Positions 47,720 through 60,400 of a stretch of 64,000 bases of DNA are shown here, piece after piece. The DNA comes from Centroscyllium fabricii (taxonomy: Eukaryota), in NCBI GenBank assembly GCA_051313645.2, contig JBNRSN020000006.1:246078001-246142000 (forward strand), given 5' to 3'. Each line of letters opens with the position of its first letter. Position 1 is the stretch's first letter. The notes beneath the pieces were generated by a model. It ran no database searches. It worked only from the letters and a program-made list of their open reading frames with translations, and was not told the DNA's origin. A program made the translations under genes and the position numbers.

Positions 47720-49855
47720 GGCTGTGCTGGCAGCCTCGGCTGAGGAAGCACTAACTGAGGGCGGGAGGAAGTGAGAGGGCTTTCCCAGGTCACACTGCAG
47801 AAGTGTTTCAGGATGCAACCTTCCACAGGTGTGCTGAAGCCTGTTGCAAGTATCCCCAGGACTGAGAGAACAATGTGGTTTCGGAAGCAAATGATGGCTG
47901 ATTAAATGTGAGCCTTCATTGACTGACCGGACACAGATACTCAGCAGTCCGAGTGAGTTTACACAAGGGTTTCACCTGACGGGGTTTAGCTTGGCAGGTT
48001 TTGTGCGTGAAACACCTGAAATTAGCTAAGGGCCCTTAAAATGTGATTACAGATGCCAATTAAGGGCCCTTAATGACCTTAACAAGCATCCCCGCCGGGT
48101 GCCGGTGGGAAAGAATCGGGGCGGGGAAAAAGGCCGCCCAAAAATTCCAAACCGGCGGGGAATGGGCGGGCTTGGGCGGTAACCACAATTTTCAGATTTT
48201 CACCTCACGCCCGCCCAAAACCCCGCCTGACGGGGACATCAAAATTACCCCCATTATCTCTGGTTTATTCAGAGCACTGTCTGCTGTGTTACTCAGCCAT
48301 ACAGGCCAGGGAGGTCCCAGGTTTGGTTATGGGTCTGCGTGTTAGGTTAGGTGATCTCAATTTGGTGGTCGTGATGTTCTCTGGATCCTAAGGGAGTGGG
48401 GAGGGGGAAATTAGCCACAGTTCCTGCTCCTGATCACTATCCATTGACCCCTGCTGGAAACTGTATTTACGTGAACATTTGATGAAGACAGGATCAGGCT
48501 GCTCATCATAGTCAAATAGTTGCTGACACTGTCTAAGCTCATAAATGAAGAATGGGCACTTGAGTGGTATATTGAAGAGCTACTGGTGCCTGTGAAAGAG
48601 TATCTCCTCGAGAATTGGACAGTAGGGGAATAATAGAGTTGACTGACAGGAAAAGTAAAAGGTGGTTTAGTAAACGCAAGTCCATAGAGAAAAGATCCTT
48701 AGATTAGCCAGCAGCTCTTTTTTGGTCAGCCAGTTATCTGACATGTGCAGGTAGGCACCACCACATTTCATTGTCTCCAAACCAAACTAATGAGAAATCC
48801 ACCACTAAATGCATCATTGCTTCCGCTCCCCTCTCTTCTTTCCAAAGGGACCATTCTCTCCATGACACCCCAGTTCACTCTTCCACAAACCTGACCACTG
48901 TTCTTCCCCTAACACTTTCCTGTGAAAATGTATGAGATGCAGTCCCTGCCCATTCATCTCCTCTCACGCTACTGTCCAAGGTCAAATACTTCTGCCTTGT
49001 GAAACAGCAATTTAGGAGTATTTCCTCCGACTAACTAACCACATTTGCTGTTCACAGTGCGGTCTCCTCTATGCTGGGAAGAGCAAATGCAGAATTTGTC
49101 ACCACTTTGTCAAACACCTTCACGATGTCCGTAAGTTCGACCCCAAGCTCCTTGTTGCTTGCTACTTCAATCCCCTGTCCACATCCATTCTGACCTGCCC
49201 ACCTTTGACCTTCTATACTGTTTCAATGAAGCACAATGAAAACCTATTAGGCAATTTGCAGACCTCTACTCTTAATATTGACTTTAATAACGTCAGACTC
49301 TAACTTTAGCCACTTTATCAGCTTCTCCTGTTTAAATTTCAGGTCCGTCTTACCGCCCTGATCACCTCATCAATTCGCACATTCCCTCTGGCACGATAGC
49401 ATGCTTGGGAGGAACAGGTGACTTTGGACCCATGGCTCCCAGAGCTCGCCACCACTGGGGTTTTCCTCACCTCATGTCTGGCTCTATTGTCAACTAATTG
49501 ATAGAGATTAATTGCCATACTTAGTCAACAATGCCATTGTCATTGAATCATGCGACTACCAGGATGCTAGAAGGCGAACCAAATGGACCTTGGTCTCTAT
49601 TCATCAAGCAACACTTGTGTCTCTTAAATGTCTTCACTTTATTTTATTATGCATCTTCCTATTGTCTCATGCTAATATCACTTCAATTATTTAACCATCT
49701 CCTGCTTTTGATTTAAGCTTCTTTTCAGGTTATTCTACTTTTTCTCTTGTGTGTGTGTGATATTTTCCTCCCCTTCCCTTCGATCTGTTCCTGTTCAACT
49801 GCTGTAAATCTGTAATTGTTTCTTGTTCAGATGAAAGGTTCTATTCCTGAAACTG

Positions 49856-50689
49856 GGCGGCACGGTGGCACAGTGGTTAGCATTGTTGTCTCACAGCACT
49901 GGAGACCCGGGTTCAAATCCAGCCTCGGGTACTATCTGTCTGGAGTTTGCACATTCTCCCCGTGTCTGCGTGGGTTTCCTCCGGGTGCTCCGGTTTCCTC
50001 CCACAGTCCAAAGATGTGCGGGTTAGGTTGATTGGCCATGATAAATTGACCCTCAGTGTTAGGGGGATTGAATATGTGGGGTTACGGGGATAGGGTGGGA
50101 TATAGAAACATAGAAACATAGAAACTAGGAGCAGGAGTAGGCCATTCGGCCCTTTGAGCCTGCTCCGCCATTCAATGAGATCATGGCTGATCATCCAAAC
50201 CCAGTACCCCGCCCCTGCCCCCTCCCCATACCCCTCGATCCCCATCAAGCCTGCACCGACACATATCCCACCCTATCCCCGTAACCCCACATATTCAATC
50301 CCCCTAACACAGGGGTCCCCAACCGCCAGTCCCCCTGCTCTAACACTAAGGGTCAATTTATCCTGGCCAATCAACCTAACCTGCACATCTTTGGACTATG
50401 GGAGGAAACCAGAGCACCCGGAGGAAACCCACGCAGACACGGGGAGAATGTGCAAACTCCACACAGATAGTACCCGAGGCTGGATTTGAACCCGGGTCTC
50501 CAGTGCTGTGAGACAGCAGTGCTAACCACTGTGCCACCGTGCTGTGTTCATGCAGGCTCGATAGGGATATGGGGAGAGGGCAGGGGCGGGGTACTGGGTT
50601 TGGATGATCAGCCATGATCTCATTGAATGGCGGAGCAGGCTCGAAGGGCCGAATGGCCTACTCCTGCTCCTAGTTTCTATGTTTCTATG
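49856..50689 (+). mobile_element. HE1-type V-SINE with a second copy inserted antisense at 50102-50543
   Basis: GGCGGCACGGTGGCACAGTGG head, V-domain GGGTTTCCTCCGGGTGCTCCGGTTTCCTCCCAC, CR1-type tail. Confidence 0.93.
50310..50337. mobile_element. 28-bp hAT terminal remnant
   Basis: CAGGGGTCCCCAAC...CCCCTG with 8-bp TSD CCCTAACA/CTCTAACA; absent from the sister SINE copies. Confidence 0.7.
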
Positions 50690-52770
50690 TTAACTTGGCT
50701 GTGCTCTCCAAAGATACTGGCTCACCTGTTGAGTGTTTCCACAATTTTCTGTTTTTATTGGAGCTGGTAGTTTGATATTTGCATTAACCCACTCTTCATT
50801 CACTGCCCTAAAAGGATGTTTGAATTGCACATAGTTTGGGATGAATGCAGAGTCTGCCTTGCAAACTAAATAGAAGCTCTGTGTGAAAATCCACTTAAAT
50901 GCATTTAACTTCAAGCTCAGAAGCATCTCTTTTTCCTCCCCCCTCCCCAGTAGCACCAGTGTGACAGCTCCACTTCTGACACCGGCCATCGTCCTGGCTT
51001 TACCAGGTCCATCAGCAGCACCACAAATTGTGGAAGTTCCCCAGGTTCAAGTCATTTCTCTCACTCTCTATAATGTTGTTAAGGATCAGACGGGAAGCCA
51101 ACACTATGTTTCAACGGAGCTTCTTTATTCAGGTCTTATACACTGCCACTCCAAGCCTCAACTGAGGCATGACTTAAGATGGCGCCGGCTCCCACCACTT
51201 GGGCGTGACGTCAGACGTAAGTCAAGCCTGTGCTGTCTTTATGTCAGTCACAGCTGTCCTTACATCCCCCCCTTCAGGGAGTACATTGTACATAACACTT
51301 AATTGTAATAACTCACTGAACACAACATATTTACAATAATATACATAGTCATTGTGGCTTCCCATAGGACCCCTATAACTATTTACAGTTCCTGTTTTTT
51401 ATTACAAGTCCATTCTAATCACCAGCCTTCTGGTCCTTTGTGACCTCCTCAGTGGGACCGGTGTCTGTGGGGCACTTCCCATTCTGTCTCTTGTCTCCGT
51501 CTCTGGACCACTCAGGTCCCTTGTTTTGTGATCTGTCTGTAAGGTTTCCCTGATCTCTTCCTCTTCTTCTCCCCCTTTCTGAGGGCAAAATGTCTCATTT
51601 GTTTTCAGAAGGTGCCTCCTATTCCTTCGGTACACCTCTCCTGTCTCAGTTATGACATTGTAGGATCTGGGAGCAACCTGCTGCAAGAATGTGGTCTTCT
51701 CTGACCATGACACTGGTCCTTGAATCCGAACCATATCCCTTTCCTGCAATGGTGCTAGTCTTGTAGCAGTCCTGTCATGGTACGCCTTTTGATTTACTTG
51801 CAGCCTTCTGGCCTTGTCAGCCCACCCATCATTTCTCTGGTCAGGTGCAACATAGCAAGGTATTCTTGTTCTTATTTTCCTGCCCATTACAAGCTCAGCT
51901 GGCGACTTGCCACTTGCCAATGGTGCTGCCCTGTATGACATTATTGCCAGATACGGATCTGCATTACTACTTTCTGCTTTTTTCAGTAGTCTTGACTATT
52001 TGCACCCCCTTTTCCACCTTTCCATTCGCCTGGGGATAGTGTGGGCTAGACGTTATATGTTTGAATTCATATTCGGAGGCAAATGCCCGGAACTCCTGAC
52101 TGGCATATGGGGGTCCATTATCTGATAACAGAGTCAAGGGGATGCCCTGTCTGGAAAAAATCGATTTCACATGTGTGATCATGCCTCTTTACGTGGTGCT
52201 AGTCAACAGAGCTATCTATGGGTAATTTGAATAGTAATCCAATGACTAACAAATAGTCCTTTCCCCCAAAATGGAACATATTCAGCCAGTACAGTGCCTC
52301 TCGTGCCCGCTTTTTGGATTTTTCTGCCCCCAGGTGCCCTTCGTGTATCCTCCCCAGCATCTCTGGTCTCATGGAGGTGGGCACCACTATTCTGTCCCCC
52401 TTGAATAGGATTCCATTTACTGCGGATAGTTCCTCTTGTATCTGATAGTATTGCTTGTAGGACCCTCTTTTCCAGCCCTCCTGCAGGTTTTTCATTACTT
52501 TTCTTAGCACTGGATCCTTTGCTGTTTCACTTGTTATCACTGCCAACTGTTGAGATGAATCAGGCAGTGCTGCGTAGACCATATCCACATGGAGGTTTAC
52601 GTCCTCCTCTGTGTCACTGTTTTGCGTGGCACATGGTGCAGCTCTCGACAGTGCGTCTGCAATGTACATTTATGTCCCTGGCACATATGTCAGATCAAAA
52701 TCATAACGCTGAAGTCTCATCATCAAGCGTTGTATCCTTGGCGACATGTCGCATAAATTTTTCTTTATAC

Positions 52771-53176
52771 AAACATAGAAACATAGAAGATAGGAGCAGG
52801 AGTAGGCCATTCAGCCCTTCGAGCCTGCTCCGCCATTCAATGAGATCATGGCTGATCATGCAAACCCAGTACCCTATCCCTGCCTTCTTCCCATATCCCT
52901 CGATCCCTATCGAGCCTGCACCGACACATATCCCATTCTATCCCCGTAACCCCACATATTCAATCGCCCTAACACTATGGGTTAATTTATCATGGCCAAT
53001 CAACCTAACCTGCACATCTTTGGACTGTGGGAGGAAACCGGCGCACCCGGAGGAAACCCACGCAGACACGGGAAGAATATGCAAACTCCACACAGCTAGT
53101 ACCCGAGGTTGGATTTGAACCCAGGTCTCTGGTGCTGTGAGGCAACAGTGCTAACCACTATGCCACCGTGCTGCCC
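52771..53176 (-). mobile_element. HE1-type V-SINE inside element E
   Basis: Full head-to-tail similarity to 50102-50543. Confidence 0.93.
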
Positions 53177-54994
53177 TATGATTCCTAACAGTGGCTTATG
53201 ATCTGTTTCCAGTATAAATTTTGGTAGTCCATAGACATATGTATGGAATTTTTCACACCCAAATGCCAACCCAAGACATTCTTTTTCAATCTGCGCATAC
53301 CTGCACTCTGTGGCCGTCATAGAACATGACGCATATGCCACCGGCCTCCATTCTCTGCCATCTTCTTGTAGTAGGACCGCCCCAAGCTTTTCTGGGATGC
53401 ATCGGTCGACACTTTGGTCCTTTTCTTTGGACAAAAGAATCTTAATAGGGGTTCACTTGCCAAGACCTGTAATAGACCCTCCCATTCCTATTCATGCTCG
53501 TGTCCCCATTGGAACTCTGTTTCATGATGCAGCAGCTTTCTCAGGTGCTCAGTTGTTGTGGCTAGATTCGGGATAAATTTCCTTAGATAGTTCACCATGC
53601 CAAGGGCTCTCTGCACCCCTTTTTTGTCTTCAGGCTTTTCCATGTCGTGAATTGCTTTAATCTTAGTCTTGTCTGGCTGTACCCCCTCTGTGGAGATCTT
53701 ATCTCCCAGAAAAGTTATCTCCTTTACTTTAAATTGGCATTTCTCTTTATTTAATTTCAGTCCGTATTGCTGTATCCTTTGGAGCATTTTTCCAGCCTGC
53801 TGTCGTGCTCCTTCTGTGTGGAGCCCCATACCACCAGGTCATCCACATAGACCCGCACCCCTTCCAAGCCCACTATAATTGTCTGCATCGCTCTGTGGAA
53901 TATTTCTGGGGCTGAGCTTATTCCAAATGGCAGACGCTGGTATGAGTATCTACCAAACGAGGTGTTAAATGTACACAGCTTGGCACTTTCCTCGTCCAAT
54001 TTCAGTTGCCAAAATCCATGGGAGGCATCCATTTTTGAAAAGAATTTTGCCTCTGTCATCTCACTCACTATTTCTTCTCTTTTGAGAATTTGATAGTGTT
54101 CCCGCTTTATGTTAGCGTTAAGGTCCTTGGGGTCCATGCATACCCTCAATTTATCATTGCTTTTTGAGTTGACGCAGACCATTGAATTCACCCAATCTGT
54201 TGGCTGCTCAATTTATTTTATAACAGCCAGTCCTTCCATTTAATCCAGCTCATTTCTCAGCTTCTCACAGAGGGCCACTGGCACTCTCCGGGGTGCATGT
54301 ATAACCGGTTGTGCATCGTCCCTTAATTTAATAGAGTATGTGAAGGGCAGCACTCCAAACCCTTGAAATACATTTGCGTACCTCTGCAGAATATTGTCCG
54401 AATTTATGTCTGAATTTTCTTGCAGGTCATTTCATGTTTCATTATCTCCATTGACAGTGTAAATTCTTTTTATTAGACCTAATTCCACGCAAGCCTTGTC
54501 TCCTAATAGTGATTCATGCCCTACTGGCACTATAACAAAAGTGAAGAAGTGCCTTCACTGTTTAACTATCAGCCTCAATCTGCACATTCCTCGTGTTTCA
54601 ATGTTTTGGCCATTGTAAGCCTTTAAGGTCACAGTCCTGTTTATCATCTTCGATTTCACTTTGAGTTTTTTTACATCTCCACAGCTTATCAAGTTCGCTT
54701 TTGCCCCTGTATCCAACTTAAAGGGGATTATCGTTCCATTTACTTGCAGGGGAGCTATCCAGGCCTACTTGTTTGGCCCTCTGGGCTGTGCTTCTTGCTG
54801 CACCATTCCCACATACCATGATTGAGCTCCTGCTTCTGCAGTCTCTACTGCATGCACTGCCTTTTTGCTTTCACCTCTGTGCTCCCACAAGCACATTTTT
54901 GCAAAGTGATTTCTGCCTTTGCATTTCGTGCAGCTCTTCGCAAACGCCGGAAACTGCCTGGCACCATGTTTATTTCCACACCGTTTGCACTCGA

Positions 54995-55145
54995 ATGCCG
55001 CCATTTTGTTGTACTCACTGGGCCCTCGTGGCTCTCTGTAATCATACACCGCCATTTTGTTGTACTCACTGGGCCCTCTAGGCTCTCTTGAGTCGAACAA
55101 CACTATTTTGTTATATTCTGTGGGCCCTCGTAGCTCTCTGTAATC
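54995..55145 (-). repeat. 51-bp x3 in-frame tandem repeat in gag of E
   Basis: REPRGPSEYNKMA units; cores at 55000, 55051, 55102. Confidence 0.85.
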
Positions 55146-57438
55146 TTCTCGCTGTATTATATCCACCGGAAAGCTCTGCGGCCCCGGGACGTTCCCCTCG
55201 AACGTTTTTGTTTGCATCACTGAAAGCTCACTCAAACGGCACAGCTTTACTGCAGCATCCAATTTCAACTCGCCGTCTCTCAGCATTTGTTCTCTTAATT
55301 TCTTATCTAATATTCCAAAGACTATTTGATCCCTTATCATGGATTCTTTTAAATCTTGAAAATTGCACAACCGTGCTTTGATTTTTAAATCGGTTAGGAA
55401 GACATCGAAGGACTCTCCTTGTTTCTGTGTTCTGGAGTGGAACACGAACATTTCATAGGTTACATTCTTTTTTGGCGCGCAAAAATCTTCACTTTTTTTA
55501 TAACTTTGTCAAAGTCACTTTTTTCCTCCTCGGACTCAAAAGTAAATGTGTTGAACAGCTCGCTTGCCTGCAGGCCCGCAACAGTTAGTAATTGTGGTAA
55601 TATTGAACAGACTTCCGGGGGAAGACTGAGGGGTGAACTCTGTACATGTCAGTTCCTGTTTCCTGTTACTATAAATACTCAAACTGCTCAGTATGGGGAG
55701 AAAGCTTCACCTGGAAGCATGGTAAACCTGTCTTTTTATATAGTGATAATGTAGTGGATTAAGTTATTGATGTATCAGACTCCATTATTACATCAATTTA
55801 ATCCACTAAAAACTTCACGTTCAAAATCCTTAAAACTTTTGGACAGCACGGAACTGAGGATCCAGGGACCAACCCATCATGGAAAGCCTCCTCAAACCGA
55901 CTCGACTGGATCTGGACCCAAATGCACTAGCAGCTGCCAAGGTATGGAAGCATTGGTTCCATACTTTTGAGAATTTTCTTGAAGAATGTTGTGAGGATGC
56001 CTCTACCAAACTATGATTACTTGTGAATTATGTGTCCCCAAACGTATATGAATATGTTGATAAATGGGAAAACTATAATGAGGTAATCCAAGCACTGAAA
56101 GAACTATATACTAAGGCCCCAAACGAGGTCTATGCTAGACATTTACTGTCCACGGCCCAACAAAGGCCAGGGCAATAGATTCAGGAGTTTCTTCAAGAAC
56201 TTCGCAGGCTCAGTGTAGATTGTAATTTTAAGGCAGCCTTGGCTGAGGTGTACCACGAAGAAATTATTCGAGATGCTTTCATCTGCGGGATTGCCTCTCC
56301 ATTTATATGCCAGCATCTGCTAGAGAGAAAAACGCTTGAGCTATCAAAGGCTTTTGACCTGGCTTGTGCTCTGGACTTGGCAAAAACAAATTAAAACCTC
56401 TATCAGCTGCCCAGATCTCGAACTACTGCTGCAACTGCAATCAGACCATTCAAGGAGCCTCAGGTGGACCCTATCATGGAAGAATCTAGTCCTGATGAGT
56501 TCAGTGATGAGGAGGAGGATGACCCCACTTTAGCAGCCTCTTGGCAATCTAGAAAGAAATGCTTCTTTTGTGGAGACTCTTTCCACCCTAGGAAATTCTG
56601 CCCTGCTCGCAATGCAATCTGCAGTCATTGCAGAAAAAAGGGACACTTTGCAAAAGTTTGCCAATCAAGAGCCTCTACGAGGGCCTATCAAGCCAAGGCC
56701 TACCGAGCTGCCCTAATTAGGCCCTATCAAGATGCTCCAGCTAGGACCTATCGAGCTCCCTCTCGAAGAAACACACCTAGAATTACAGCCTCCCTCTGTC
56801 CAACCACACCAATTACAGCTGCCTGCCCTCAAAATTTATTTCATGCAGCCACAAAAGTCTCGATTAATGGGCATACCTTTGATGCCTTAATTGACTCAGG
56901 AAGTACTGATAGTTTCATTAGAAAACAGATTGTTGAGAAATTGAAACTACATGTCTTCCCATCGGACTAGGCAATTGCAATGGCTCAGTCATCACTTAAT
57001 ACCAGAATCTCCGGCTTTTGTATTATTGACATGACACTTAATGGCCGCATGTATCCCTCCACTTGGCTCTCAGTGCTCAAGGACTTATGTAGTGATCTTA
57101 TCCTCGGGCTGGATTTTCAAAAACAGCATAAAAAACTCATCATTGAGTTCGGCGGATCCAAACTTGGGCTTACTATTTCTAATATACCGTCTAAATCACC
57201 ATTTTATGCACTGTCAGCAGCCTCACTTGATGAACCCTCATTATTCGCCAGTATTCCTCCTCAATGCAAACCAATAATAACCAAATCTCGACGCTTCAGT
57301 CAGGAAGATCAATCTTTCATTGAGGCAGAAATCTCTCGTCTTTTAGCAGAGGACATCATCGAACCATGATCATCGCCCTGGCGGGCTCAAATCGTCATCG
57401 TTAAGAACCCTCTAAAACCTCACAAAAAATGACTATGC

Positions 57439-60400
57439 TGTAGCGCTTACAGGACCCAAGGACCACGCAGGAGCCGGAGAGAGACAGTTAACACTTCTTT
57501 ATTGAACAGTACTACATCAGAAAGAGACTAAGCGACGAGGAGCAGGCTCTTTTAAACTGCCCGCTCGCCTCTGAACTCATCACACCGAGAGACGTGGTGA
57601 CGTCATCGCGTCACCCGGTGGGCGGGGCTATGCCCCGCAGTACTCCCGAGGAGGATTCGCCAGCCGGCGGTCCGCTACACAGCTCCCCCCAGAATCCATC
57701 CGAGGGAAAAGGTCTACACGAGGCGTCGTGGTGGCCGTATGGTGCGGCCGGCACGGGTCGTGCGTTGCTCCTGGTACTGCGGTGGAGTGTGGGCAGGTGG
57801 TGGTGCGGGAGGGCGTCCGCGTTGAGGTGGTTGGGCGGGGACCGTCGTGTCGCCCGCTATCATGTGCGCCGGTTTCAGCCGGTCGATTGATACTGTTTCA
57901 GTTCGGTTGCCCAGCTGTAGATCGAAAGTTTTAGGTCCCGCCCGAAGCACTCTATAAGGGCCGTCGTAGGGTGGCCGTAGAGGTGTGCGATGAGCGTCGT
58001 GGCGGACGAACACGTACTTGGCTTGCTGGATGTTGTCCGGTACATGTGCCACCGGCTCCCCGTGCCGGGTCACCGGTAAGGGGTGAAAGCTCGTGCCGGG
58101 TTGGCAAAGTCTTTGAGGAACTGGTCGGCCGACCAGGTGGCGTTTGATTCGGCGAGAAACTCGCCCGGCACTCTTAATGTCTGGCCGTAGACGAGTTCCG
58201 CTGCTGAGGCGTGCAAGTCTTCTTTGGCCGCCGAGCGGAGTCCGAGCAATACCCACGGTAGGCGGTCTGTCCAGGATGCGTCTTCCAGGCTGGCCCGCAG
58301 GGAGGCTTTCATTGAGTGGTGGAACCTTTCGCTCAGCCCGTTCGCCTGCGGGTGGTACGCGGTGGTTCTGTGCAGGGTCACCCCGAGGTTGCGGGCGATG
58401 GCCGCCCATAGTGCGGACGTGAATTGGGGACCTCTGTCCGACGTGATGTCGGTGGGCACGCCGAAACGGGCGACCCAAGTTGTGATGAACGCCCTGGCTA
58501 AGTCCGTGGTGTTGGTTGCAGCCAGGGGGACTGCTTCTGGCCAGCGAGTGTTGCGATTCACCATGGTCATCAAATGGGTGTGGCCCCGGGACGGCGGCAG
58601 TGGTCCAACGAGATCGACGTGGACGTGGTCGAAGCGCCTGGCTGGTACGGTAAACATTTCTAGCGGGGCTTTGACGTGCTTATGCACTTTGGCCCACTGG
58701 CAGGCGATGCAGGCGTTGGTCCAGGCGCGGACGTCCCTACGAAGGCCGCGCCACACAAAACGGGCCGAAATGAGCTTGATGGAGGCGCGGGTGCCGGGGT
58801 GGGACAGGCCATGGAGGGTCTCAAAGATGCGCCGCCTCCATGCGTGGGGGATGACGGGCCTGGGCTGCTGCAATGAGACGTCACAGCACACTACGGTGGC
58901 CGCGGGGCCGTGGGGGATGTTGGCCAAGCGTAGGCCGGGGAGGTTTTCTGCCAGGGCGCGCAGGTCTGGGTCTGCCCGCTGGTCTGCTGCCAGCTTGGCA
59001 TAATCCACCGCCATTTGGGCGGCGTTGATGGTGGGACGTGACAGGCAGTCGGCGACCACGTTGTCGCGGCCGGAGATGTGCTGGATGTCGGTCGTGAATT
59101 CCGACACGGCTGCGAGCTGGCGCTGCTGCCTGGCCGACCAGGGTTCGGTGATCTTAGCCATCGCGAACGTCAGCGGCTTATGATCCACGAAAGCTGTGAA
59201 ATCACGGCCCTCCAGGAGGAAGCGAAAATGGCGCACAGCGAGGTAGAGAGCAAGGAGCTCCCTGTCAAAGGCGCTGTACTTGATCTCCGGGGGCCGTAGG
59301 TGCCGGCTGAAAAAGGCCAGGGGCTGCCAAGAGTTGTCCGCCCACTGTTCGAAAACGGCCCCGACAGCGTGGTCGGAGGCATCAGTGGTGAGGGCCACTC
59401 TGGCGTTGGGCCTGGGGTGGGCTAGGAGGGTGGCGTTGGCTAGGACAGTCTTGGTTGCGGTGAACGCGGTGGCGGCGTCGGCCATCCACTCGACAGCGGC
59501 TTTGCCGGACTGCCCGCGTGTGGCCTGGTATACGGGAGCCATGAGAGCGGCTGCTCCTGGGATGAAGCGGTTATAAAAATTAACCATCCCGAGGAACTCC
59601 TGCAGGCCCTTGACGGTGTGCGGGCGGGGGAATTCCTGGACTGCCTGCACTTTGGAGGGCAGGGGTATGGCCCCGGTTTTGGAAATGCGGTGGCCCAGGA
59701 AGTCTATCATTTCCAGGCCGAATTTGCATTTGGAGGGGCTTAATATAAGGCCGTGTTCGGCCAGGCGCTGGAACAGGGTCCTGAGATGCAGGAGGTGCTC
59801 CTGGGGGGAAGTGCTGGCCACTAGGTAGGCGAAGATGAACTGCAAGTCCCGTAGGACTGAGTCCATTAGGCGCTGGAAGGCCTGGGCCGCGTTTTTGAGC
59901 CCAAAGGGCATCCTCAGGAACTCGAACAGGCCAAAGGGAGTTATCACGGCTGTCTTAGGGACATCCGCCGGGTGCACCGGGACCTGGTGGTAGCCACATA
60001 CCAGGTCGATCTTGGAGAAGACCGTGCAGCCCGCTAGCCTGGCAGAGAAATCCTGGGTGTGGGGTACGGGGTACCTATCCGGGGTGGTGGCGTTTTTGAG
60101 GCGGCGGTAGTCGCCGCAGGGGCGCCAACCCCCACCCGGTTTGGGGGCAATGTGGAGGGGAGAGGCCAGGGGCTGCTGGAGCGGCGGATTATGCCGAGTT
60201 GCTCCATAGTGCCGAACTCAGCGCGCGCAATCTCCAGCTTGGCCGGGTCCAGCCTGTGGGCGTGGGCGTGTACGGGAGGGCCGGTGGTGAGAATAAAATG
60301 TTCCACCCCGGGTTTGGTCTTTCGGGCGGTGAAGGTGGGGTTGGTCAGTGCTGGGAACTCTGAGAGGAGCGCACTGTACGCGTCGGAGTTCCGGGCACGG

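Larger units (their letters stand above)
40933..48252. mobile_element. Full-length PIF/Harbinger transposon with a CR1 insertion
   Basis: Imperfect ends GGCCGGAATTGT / AAAATTACCCCC with ATT on both flanks; convergent Myb-like and transposase genes. Confidence 0.9.
48770..50760 (+). mobile_element. Old Penelope-like element remnant (GIY-YIG region and pLTR), split by a SINE pair
   Basis: Degenerate CSQCGLLY.G..K endonuclease motif near 49045-49120; hammerhead remnant CAGATGA..GAAAC near 49828-49853; pLTR end at 50689-50760. Confidence 0.6.
51074..55592 (-). mobile_element. Degenerate Mag-like gypsy element (element E), interrupted in gag by element F
   Basis: 3' LTR ~51074-51264, PPT 51265-51274; gag, RT (YVDD), RNaseH (YAQIEKE) and IN (SDNGP) fragments. 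Confidence 0.92.

Noticed and set aside
49856-49930. tRNA gene (also 4462-4545 and 3090-3150)
   Set aside because: These are SINE/LINE heads that continue into repeat bodies
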